A model generated the notes under the pieces. That model did not search any database, was not told the DNA's origin, and worked only from the letters and a program-made list of their open reading frames with translations. Position numbers and translations under genes: made by a program. From contig NC_087263.1 in NCBI RefSeq assembly GCF_037042905.1, positions 9,550,001 to 9,614,000 of the forward strand: a stretch of 64,000 nt of DNA. The letters are read 5' to 3'. Of the stretch, positions 27,741 through 38,400 are shown in pieces (the stretch's first letter is position 1; each line of letters opens with the position of its first letter). This stretch comes from Lytechinus pictus. Taxonomy: Eukaryota.

Positions 27741-28481
27741 GATATTATACATGTAGGCCTATTTACAGTACAGAAATCTCATAAAAAGTGTTGTTATATT
27801 CAGGGAAGAATCTAATGGGGGAAAGTCAAAACATCACAGATTGAATACATAAATGGTCAGGAACTGTGCATTATAAGTTACATTATTAACATCTTAACTG
27901 TAGCCTATATAGCTAGATCCTCTTTCACAGTCTTTTATATATCTCCTCTGCTTCATAGTCGATTCAAAACTTAAAGGCCCTAATCCTTTCCTCCATCAAA
28001 ACAAAATCCATACAATTTCATTGAAGCTTCCTTTGAAGAAAAAAAGGCTCCCAATAAATCAGTCCTTTCCCTATTGAATAAGATATGAAAGAGATCCATA
28101 TAGTCTCAATTGGCCGTCTGCTTTGTATAGACCTACATGTCTGAAGCACGACAATGAGGCGGGCACAATAAGCGGCCAGGTCACCCGCATTGTGGAAGTC
28201 CACCAAAATAAGACGCATTAGGCTTTCTTTTTGTCAGAGGGCGCAAATCCGAGATTCTCTTTGGTCCGAGGCGGCTCGCCTGACCGACTTTCCATCGGGT
28301 CCCATTGATGGTGGTGTGAATAGGCTTGTATGGGACGTCGAGTGTGACTGGGAGTTGTGAACGCGCTCTCTGCAGCACAAAAGGTGTGTTGGCACAACAT
28401 TGCAATGGCTGCATCTCCTTCAATGGGGATCTTTAATAGAGAGGTCTTAAAGGGAGAGATCAAGCCTCTTGCTTTTGAATT

Positions 28482-29030
28482 AGGACGAGGCCACCCCAAC
28501 AAAAAGTTGATTAGAATAAAAAGAGAAAAATCCAACAAACATAACACTGAAAATTTCATCAAATTGGATGTAAATTAAGAAAGTTATATGGCATTTTTAA
28601 GTTTTGCTTGATTTCACATTTTTTTTATATGTACATCCTTATCTGTATGCAAATGAGGGGACTGATGGCATCACTCACTATTTCTTTTGTATTTTATTAT
28701 ATAAAATATGAAATATTCTAATTTTCTCCTCATTGTCCTGTGAAATAAAGTTTATTCCTTCCTGAACATGTGGAATATACCATTGTTTTAACTTTTTATG
28801 GTTCAGTCAAGTTGGTCCTCATTGTCAAATCTGAAATAATGGAAAAATTGTATAGTTTTCAAACAACAGAAAAAAACAAAAGAAATAGTGAGTGAGGGAC
28901 ATCATCAACCCTCTCATTTGCATGTCACTGAGTTGTGCTTATAACTGTTTGGGAAAAATAAGCGAACTTTTCAGCATTGTGCTTGTTCTCTATTGATTCA
29001 AATGCACATTTTTCTTGGGTTGACTTGACC
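28482..29030. mobile_element. TTAA-type AGG...CCT MITE family copy, inverted relative to 52545
   Basis: aggacgaggccaccccaacaaaaagttgatt ... gggttgacttgacc. Internal blocks match 44303-44882. Confidence 0.78.
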
Positions 29031-30344
29031 ATGTTCATGACTTGACCTACACAACAGTACTCCATTAAATCAAAGACAGTCTTAACTTTTTTGCATACTT
29101 AAAATAAGGAAATCTCGACAGGTATTAATTCTCACATGAATGTTGCTCATCCAATGTCTATAATGTTGTGTATATTTGGTCAGTGTAGTATATGATTGGA
29201 CCCCTGCAAGCTTCATGGATATCTTAAGAATGTTGCAAATTGATTTTAATATCTTTTAAGTAGTAGGCCTACATGGACTAGTTAAAGCATTTGATGAAAT
29301 CCAAAACTTCTCTGAACAGTGCCTGATTCTTTACCCAGACTTTATCCAGACTACAACATTGTGATCATTTATTCTCATGATATAGTATTATGCCTCTACT
29401 AAAAGAATTATGAACAACATCTGTACCATAATCTTAACCATCATAGAATAGTAACACAGTATCATTTATCAAACGTTCTATATTTTTAAGAAACGCTTAT
29501 GATTATTGTAGAATTCAGGAATAAGTGGGTATATTTCCCTTTGGTATTTGTTTTGAAAATGTCTATTTCTCTCCAGGAGAGGTACCCCCCCTCAGATAAA
29601 AACAAAACGACAACACCCCCCCCTCAGTTTGGGCATGGGTCAGTGGTTTGGGTAAGATAGCAACCGTGAAGTTCTCATGACTTCACTGAGCATTCTCACC
29701 TGTACACAAGCTCTGTAATGGAGACCCTTCAAGATTTATATAAGAACAAGACCCCAGTATTTTAGCCTTGAACCTCAACAACCCACTTTACATTCTTAAC
29801 GTTGCTAGTCTTAGTTGTCATACTTATGCCGGATGGATTGCAAGAAACTTACGTCAATTGCAAATCAATCGTAAGTCCCAACATAAAGGGTAAAGGGGTG
29901 TTGCAAGAAAGGTGACTTCTAATTGAATGCAAATCAGCTACAAATCTTCATTTAGTCAAGTGACCAAGTGACTTATGCTTATTTTTGTTATGGAATCAAT
30001 TATATTTATTTTGGCAATGCCCTATGCATCCGCCTATTCATTTATTGGACTTTCAAATGTTTTGTTCTTGTTTTTTTTTAAATTTCTATCAAGGCAAACA
30101 TCTGTTTTCAGTGATGCATGTATCCAAAAAAAAGACAAAAAAATGAAAAAAAAGAAGCAAAATTTGATAAGTTTTGATAAGGATATTAATGTATTAATAA
30201 TATGCATGGAAAAAAATGGTTACAACATATATGAATATTGTAGCCGAACCGACTTTCTTTCCTGACGAGCTGGTTCGTTTCGGCTGCAATATACAACCAG
30301 TTGATGTAAAGTCCGTCTTTCTTCACTTCTGACTCTTTACTCCT

Positions 30345-30600
30345 TCTCAGTAACTTAGATTATATCTCATGTATTTCAACATCTCCGTTTTCTCAGTTAT
30401 TCCAGTATATCAGTATCTGCGTAATTTCAGTATTTCGGTATCTCAGTAATTTCAGTATCCTCACTCATCTCAGTATTTTCAGAATCTCGGTAAAGTCAGT
30501 ATTTTCCGTAATCTCAGTATTTTCCGTATTCTCAGTAAAGTCGGTATTTTCCGTATTCTCATTTCTTCTGGTCAGTACTTCCAACACTTCCGTACTTCTG
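30345..30600. repeat. 9-bp minisatellite (t(c/t)tc(a/c)gta(t/a))n
   Basis: Direct periodicity in the sequence, also seen as the ENTENTDFTENTE pseudo-ORF on the minus strand. Confidence 0.8.
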
Positions 30601-32059
30601 CTCTTCCGACCATGTATACTGTGGCTCCGTACATCAGAATAACGACAAGTAAGCAAGGAATTTAGTTTGTATCATTTTACTGAAGAAATCATGCTCATCC
30701 TGTTGCAGCAGGTTCCATTGAAAATTGAACAGAGTTTCGGCCAGAAACCTATTACTGCCAAGCATAGCGCATGGCTCATAATCGAGCATGGAGCTCGATT
30801 ATGCTCAACGATTCAGGAGGGAAGTTGTCATACCGTAAAATTTAATCATCTTTTAAAAACAGTTAAAGTCATGAAACAAATCTTTACAACAACAACAATG
30901 GTAATTGTCACTATTGTTTATCCCCGAACAGTGAAGAACAATTAAAGATACATATCTAACATAAACATACAGTTGTTAACATCATTATTTCTCAGCAAAT
31001 AGTGCTTAATATACATTTTAAAGAAAATACCTACATAATCGATTACAAACGATTACTGAATTTCCCTATGCAACTATATACATGGATTAAAAATTATTCT
31101 ACGCTCTTTGCTGTTACGAAACCATGCTGAACAATAAATAAACCTTTCATTTCGTTACAATATATTTTACTGCTCTGAAAGAGCTTTCAATATTGCTGTG
31201 CATACTAACAATTTTGGTTTAAACTGAATTCCCTCATGACAAATACAAGTTCTCAATTATTTCCCCCTTTGAATTTCATCAGCATGTGGGGCCTGAATGC
31301 ATTGTAATGTAGACTAGTCCCCTATCTGGATCCACTTATCATACCACACCTGTTGAATCAAGGAGCCGTTGACGGACTTCATCTATTCAAATTTATTCTA
31401 TACTGCCCTCGTTGGCCAAGAGAATCTTGCCCCACCCCGAGCTGGGAGCTGGCAGAGACGCCGTCAAAACACGTAGCTCACGTCCCAGTATGGCAAGAGA
31501 ACTCTATGAAAGTGAAGGGGCATTTAGATAGCTATCTAGTTTGCCCAACCATAAATAGAAAAGAATAATACTTTGAATTAAGATAATTTTACAGAAATAA
31601 TTTTTTTTTCCTTATAGGCCCTACATCCTCTCTTTACTCTTTACTTCAAACATCATATCAACCTTTTTCAGAGAATCTGTGTTTCTATGAAACTTGCTGT
31701 TTAATTCCATCATATCATTTTATATTATTTGTGAAGCTGACAAATTTTATACCTGTATTTATCTATGTACTCTATATTTTTTAAGTTTGAATATGATTTG
31801 TATTGGCTCTAGTTTTTGCTCAATACCAAAGTGGATATGGTAATATCTGGTCATTCCGGTTTATGAAATTTGAAGTTAATTATTAAACAAAAATTATCAT
31901 GATGATTGGAATCATTTGTATCCAATCAGTCCACAAAAAAGAGAAATAAGTGCATTGAATTCTGATTGAATTATCCAAAAAGAAATGTATTTGTTATTAT
32001 GAATTGAACAAGACTTTTTGAAATAAGTACTCAATGTTTTATTCTTTTATGTTTTACAG

Positions 32060-32699
32060 ACGTGCAATAATCAAGAACCAGGACTTGAGGTCAGACACGC
32101 CCCTTACGCAGCTCCTGACCGATGACTTCTGGGGTACGCCTATCAGGCACAGCGGATCTCACAAATCATATCGCCCTCTATGCGTTCTCTCCTTTCGTCT
32201 CAACTACGCACTCGGCGAGCTCGACCCGTTCGGCTACCATCTCGCCAATGTCGTCCTCCATGTAATCGCGACAGGTCTCTTCGTCAACGTCGCCAGGCGA
32301 TTTTTAAGAGGGAGCCCTTCCGTTCTCTTCGCGGGATTGCTGTTTGCCTCGCATCCCATCCATACAGAGGCGGTGGCCGGCGTAGTCGGCCGGGCAGATG
32401 TCGGTGCTTGCATTTTCACGCTCCTATCCTTCATATGCTACATACAATCATGCAATTCTGTCAAACTAAATCAGAAGACATTTGACTTGCATGATGATGA
32501 AGATGGACAAACCGATGACCATTTTAGAAGAACGGTTGCAAGGAGACGAGTCGTTTTCTTGGTGCTCAGTGCGGTAATGACGTTTTGTGCAACATTTACC
32601 AAGGAGCAAGGGATCATGGTTGTTGCAATAAACGCTGCCTATGAGATCTTTGTTGTTCATCATATGCGCTTAAGAGACTTGCCGAAGATATTCTATAAG
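32060..32699 (+). CDS. TMTC2: TMTC2 coding exon A (first exon in the window, probably exon 2): lumenal loop and N-terminal TM helices
   Basis: Acceptor ttttacAG at 32058-59, donor GTACGT at 32700. Encodes RAIIKNQDL...DFWGTPIRHSGSHKSYRPLCVLSFRLNY...HPIHTEAVAGVVGRADVG...KEQG, which matches TMTC-family motifs and is closest to TMTC2 as recalled. Confidence 0.93.
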
Positions 32700-32999
32700 G
32701 TACGTATTTCTCATTTACCCTATTTTCTCGGGTCGTCCCGTGAAGGAAAATTAAAACTTTGTAGAGCATTGGAGGGACACTTACTTGTCTTACAAGAAAT
32801 GTTGTAGATTCTATTCCAAAATATCCGAATTCTACTATTGAAGTTACTAGAATGTTGGTAATTTTTACCAAAATCTAGTCAAATCTTTAGTTGGAACTCA
32901 CATTGTTCCTTCAGGGGGATTTACTTCTAATTGTATAGTAAAAACATCACCGTTTCAAAAATAGTCAAGCCTGACTTAGCTAGTTGCCATCTGTCTATA

Positions 33000-33141
33000 G
33001 AGTAAAAACCTGTCTTTAGTGGCCAGCAAAATTGTCTCACATTTGTAAGGAATAGAACCTTTTTTTGAGAGTCATCTTTCTTCAGTGGCCACTTTCTCTA
33101 TGGTGTCTTCTTTAGGTAGCCTTAATAGACAGGTTTAACTG
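33000..33141. mobile_element. Tc1/mariner(pogo)-type MITE, decayed
   Basis: TA|gagtaaaaacctgtct ... agacaggtttaactg|TA. Confidence 0.6.
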
Positions 33142-33904
33142 TATTTATTTATATATATATTTTAAATCCTGAAGTATTGTTGCAGCAGTAAACAGAAAAT
33201 CTCAATAGCTGAAAGGCCTATGTTTACTGGAAATCAATATTACATATGCAGTGCATGTTTTTCTGTACCTCCGATAGTATACTATTGGGCTGAGACGTAC
33301 TGTATTGCGAAAAAGGGAGCGGGCAGTCTTTGTAAAAGATAAGATCATCCCTCGTCCATTCATAAATTGGAATGATGGATGATCTGAGCGAGATCTGAAA
33401 GAGAAAAATAGCCTTTGATAAAAATGGGGGCATCTATAGCAGTCAGAGGGCAGTGCTGAATAGATAAAGGTGTGTGAACTTTAAAGGGATAGTCACCAAT
33501 GGACGGACAATTGATGGTAGAGAACTTAATTGATTTGGGAAAAGGGTCAATGTTGAGAATTATACTTGAGTATCATCTAACCGTCCAATCTTACACACCA
33601 GAACCTGAACACTACACTAAGATGCCTCAATATGCCAAATTAATACTTCCATTTCCTTCTTTAAGTCATTAATTTTTACTTCGAATGCATGGTCATTCAT
33701 TTTATAAAGGTGTTAATTGCAATGAGTATGGCTCTATATACATGATACATTAAAACATTAATGAAGAAATGAATAAATCATTGAATAAATGATGAATTGA
33801 AACTTTGATTCTGTCTTTTAAATCATCATTTTCACTTCATATGATTGTTTTATTAAAGTTCAAAGTTTATGGCTCTCCAACATATACAGGTTAAAACCTT
33901 AAGT

Positions 33905-33990
33905 AAATGAATGAATGAATAGATAGATGGATAAATATATAGATAGATAGATAAATAGATAGATAGATAGATACATGTAGATGAGATGAT
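33905..33990. repeat. (GAAT)n/(GATA)n microsatellite
   Basis: Direct reading of the sequence. Confidence 0.8.
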
Positions 33991-35177
33991 AAATTGAAAC
34001 TCCATTTCCTTTCCTTGAAGTCATTATTTTTCAATTTAAATGTATGTTCAGTCCTGTTATGTTTGAATTTTACGGCTTTCCAACATGTACATGTACCTGG
34101 CACCAATAAACCCGCCTCCTGAATTTGAAAGTCCCCTTCTTTTCGCCGCCACGAAGTGAGGCGATTGTTCCTGGTCTCAATACGGTTCAACACCTTTACC
34201 ATCTCAGTAAAGAAAAGGGGGTTAACCCAGAGAATATCAATAGTTTATGATGGTGGGATACAATACGACACTAATGTGCCATGAAGTTCACCTGATGAAA
34301 TGCAAGATAAAGGTCACATAGAACAACAATACACCAAATACTGTGTATGGGATTAACAATGTGATTAGAGTGTATTTTTCAAGTGGGGAGCGAACAATCG
34401 TTGGGATCATGTAGAGTTGACTGTTATAACGAGAGGGGGCCTGCACAAAATGTCACATCAATTGCAGTCACTATAATTATCCTCACTTAGGTCAAAGTAA
34501 TAGTCAATCGCTTTATAAAAAGCAGTATACCCTTTTACTTGCATAGGAGTCAAGAATCCAGGATAAACATAGAAAATGGCTGAGCTAACGTTGGGAAATC
34601 ATTTCTTTTCACATACATTCAGTTAAAGAGGTGGGGCTGCATATATATATATATTACCTGATCCATAAAACATTGCAAGGAAATATTCATAAATATGGAC
34701 ACCAAAAGATGAACCTTAATGCTCCAAAGACAAGGATTTCATAGAAGATAGCCAACCTTTATGAAGGAAGTCATTACTTCTCAATTTCATCCATGAAATT
34801 TGGCAAGAAAATTAGAGTTTATTTAAAAAACAAACGATAATTTTAGCTTGTGTATTCAATCCTACAACCATTATGACATCTTTGATCTAATCCTCTTTAT
34901 ATTTCATTTCCTTTAAAACCATTTTGCCAAGTATCTTCTTTGTTTAAAATCAATAGTTTAGGGGATTGTTAATATTTTCGTACAAGTTTGAATAGTACAC
35001 TCGGTAATATTACGCGTATCCATGAATAGTAGTAGATTGAAATTATAAAAAAAGATGCGCTGACTCATTCTCAGAAATTATACCTGATCTAGGAAAGTTC
35101 AAAGTAATTTTTTGATATCTAAGCTTTGTCTCATAATTAACTTGGCAGTGGCTGACTGTCTGTGATAGCGGGAGCAG

Positions 35178-35318
35178 CGCCAGTTGATTTGTATCTTGGT
35201 ATAGCGCCATCTGCGTCAGTTATGCGGCCACACGTTCGTCCGACTCTTGACTTGATTACGGTTAAATAAAGTATTGATCACAACTACAAAGTTGCTTCCG
35301 ATTCCTCATTTATTGTCG
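35178..35318 (+). repeat. 5' LTR (141 bp)
   Basis: CGCCAGTTG...TTATTGTCG, identical by eye to 40986-41126. AATAAA at 35265-35270. Confidence 0.95.
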
Positions 35319-35349
35319 TGGTGGCCGCTTATGGGATTCACTCACGCCT
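35319..35349 (+). promoter_or_regulatory. Primer-binding site, tRNA-Leu-like (imperfect, extended)
   Basis: TGGTGGCCGCTTATGGGATTCACTCACGCCT directly after the LTR. Resembles the reverse complement of the metazoan tRNA-Leu(AAG/TAG) 3' end as recalled (TGGTGGCAGCGGTGGGATTCGAACCCACGCCT). Confidence 0.7.
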
Positions 35350-35484
35350 GAATTTTTTCTTATTCCACATTTGAAGGACTTTGCTGAGAAGGAAAACAGC
35401 CGGTTGCACCGTAAAAGTAAGTTTACCGTGAACGAGTAGTTGGTTAGATCTAGCCGAAATTAGAGTCGGTCCCACAGCCTTACA

Positions 35485-38400
35485 ATGGCGTGCAGTATGC
35501 CTAAAGTACCAAAGCAATGGTGCTTGGGTAAAGTCGAATCAATTACATCCTTTGAAGGATGGAGACAGAATCTTTTGTACACCTTGAATCTTGATCCTAA
35601 CTTCGCTTTCTTTCTTTCTGAGTCGGTAACATGGGGTAAGAAAACAAAAGCTAACCCCACAAGGGGTTTCATAGATGACAATCCCTCTGTTCCTTCAGAG
35701 TTGCGCAAAACTGCTCAACAGAAAGCGAACCTACTTGATCTTATGCTCGGTCAGATTGCTAATTTTTGTCCCGTCATCGCTAGAAATTCTATTGTTCGCA
35801 ATTCCACTTCTTTGAATGACATTTGGGCCACTATTAGACTTCACTATGGCTTCCAGGCAACAGGTGCCCATTTTTTGGATTTTTGCGAGATAAAGCTGGA
35901 ATCTGATGAGCGACCAGAAGATTTATATCAGAGATTACTTGCCTTTGTCGAGGACAATTTGTTGACGGCTGGTGGTGGTATTACCCATCACGGTGATCCC
36001 ATCCTGGATGATGAAGAACTTTCGCCTACAATTGAGAATTTCATTGTTCTGCAGTGGCTTCGCCTTTTGCACCCTGACCTTCCCCAGGTGGTGAAGCAGA
36101 GGTACGGCACAGAACTCCGTTCACGCACACTTGCATCCCTCAAACCTGAAATTTCTCAGGCCCTTACTAGTCTTTTGGAGTCAGTTGAATGTTCCAGGGC
36201 AATGCGTACAGCGGCTTTTCCGCCTCGTGGTCGTAGTCAGACTGCTCCCCGGCGTACTCAGTCTCGAACCCCAGCGAAGTTCCGTCCTAGGTCTTCCAAA
36301 TCTTGTCCACTGTGCGTTCAGGCTGGCCGTCCTAGTGACCATTTTTTGAGTGTCTGTCCTTACCTTCCAGACTCCGATCGGCAGTACATGGCAAAGGCCA
36401 GGCAGGTTGCCAAGATTTTTGATGATGGAGGTTCTGATGATTTTGACTTTGATGTTGACCCCCAGGAGTCATGTGACGAGGCTTGTTTGTCACCAGACCC
36501 TGGCCGTGGAGGTACCTCTTCCACACTGCGTGTCCAAGTTCGCCAGTCTCCTTATTTCGATGCATTTTATAATCATCATGCTGTTCGTATCACCCTCGAC
36601 AGCGGTGCTACTGGGAACATGATGCGTGCTTCTACGGCCCGAGTATTGGGTTGTAACGTGTCCTCCACCACCCAGTCAGCTCATCAGGCTGATGGGTCCT
36701 CTCCGCTGCAGGTTTGTGGTGAAACTCGTTTCACCGTCTGTCGTGGCAGTCATGAGTTCCACTTTGAAGGATTGGTCATTGAGAACCTTGATGTTGACGT
36801 TTTGGCTGGTACTCCATTTATGGAAAGGAATGATGTGGCCATCAGGCCAGCAAGGAGGGAGATTTCCTTGGCTGATGGTACTGTGATTAGTTACGGTTCC
36901 TGTAATAAGCCTAAGGCTGGTCATGCAGTGCGTCGCGCATTTGTCCTTCGTGCCCCTTCTCAAACTACCACCATTTGGCCAGGTGAATTTCTTGAGTTTT
37001 CCCTACCTCCTGAGTTTTCTGCTGATGAGACACTTGTCTTGGAGCCTCGCTCGGATTCCCCTCCTACACCAATGATCACAGAATTCTTTCCGGCTCCAGG
37101 TGTTGTCTCGAGTGTTGCTGGTAGGATCCGCATCCCAAATCTCTCTCGCGGTCCTTGTGTTATCCGTCGCAATGAACATCTTTGTCAGGTTTGTCCAGTG
37201 GTTGTCTCAGATGGCAGTCAGGTTGCGCAAATTCCTCCTAGTCAGACTGCCCTTCCCTCTGTGGTGCAGGGAGGGCCGACCTTATCACAGCCTTCTCAGT
37301 CTGTTATTGTGGATCCTGATAGTATCCTCCCCCCAAAGGCAAGGGGAGATTTTCAGTCTCTTCATGCAGAACATGATTGTGTGTTTAGCCCTTCATTCAA
37401 GGGTTACAATGGTGCATCTGGTCCATTCAAGGCCGTTGTGAACATGGGTCCTGTGCAGCCCCCACAACGCAAGGGTCGCCTTCCCTTGTATTCCCAGGAG
37501 AAGCTTGTTGAATTGCAGGGAAAGTTTGATGACCTGGAGAAACTTGGCGTCTTTGCACGCCCTGAGGATATTGGTGTTACGGTTGAATATGTCAACCCAT
37601 CGTTTCTTGTGAAGAAGCCAAATGGCGGCTCTCGTCTTGTCACAGCCTTTGCTGATGTTGGGCGCTACTCTAAGCCACAGCCCTCAGTTTTGCCTGATGT
37701 TGATTCCACTCTGAGAAAGATAGGTCAGTGGAAGTACATTATTGCATCTGACCTTGCAAGTGCCTTTTATCAAATACCTCTCTCTCGGGATTCGATGAAG
37801 TATTGTGGTGTTGCTACCCCTTTCCGCGGCATTAGAGTTTACACCCGTTGTGCTATGGGTATGCCGGGATCAGAGACGGCATTGGAGGAGTTGATGTGTC
37901 GAGTGCTGGGAGATCTATTGTTTGAAGGTGTTGTTGTCAAACTTGCAGACGACTTGTACTGTGGTGCTGACACCTGGCAGGCCCTTTTGCATAACTGGTC
38001 CAGGGTGTTACATGCACTAGCCTCCAATGGTCTTCACCTTTCTCCATCTAAGACTACCGTCTGTCCAAAAACCACCACTATTTTAGGGTGGGTTTGGTCT
38101 GAAGGGAACCTCAAAGCAAGTCCTCATAGGATAACAACTTTGTCAACGTGCTCATGCCCTTCAACCGTGAAGGGAATGCGGTCTTTCATTGGAGCCTATA
38201 AGATGCTTGCTCGCGTTCTCCCGAATTGCGCATCCTATCTGGGCCCCCTGGATGAATCGATTGCAGGTATGAAATCTCAAGACCGCATCTGCTGGACAGA
38301 TGAGCTTCATGATGCCTTCAACAAAGCCCAGTCCGGCATCAAGTCTACTCGTACGGTTACTTTACCCCGGCCATCTGATCAGCTATGGATTGTCACTGAT

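Noticed and set aside
30241..30292. Hammerhead ribozyme (CTGACGAG core)
   Set aside because: No correctly placed GAAA and no consistent stem II/III on the same strand. The region is better explained as an inverted repeat.
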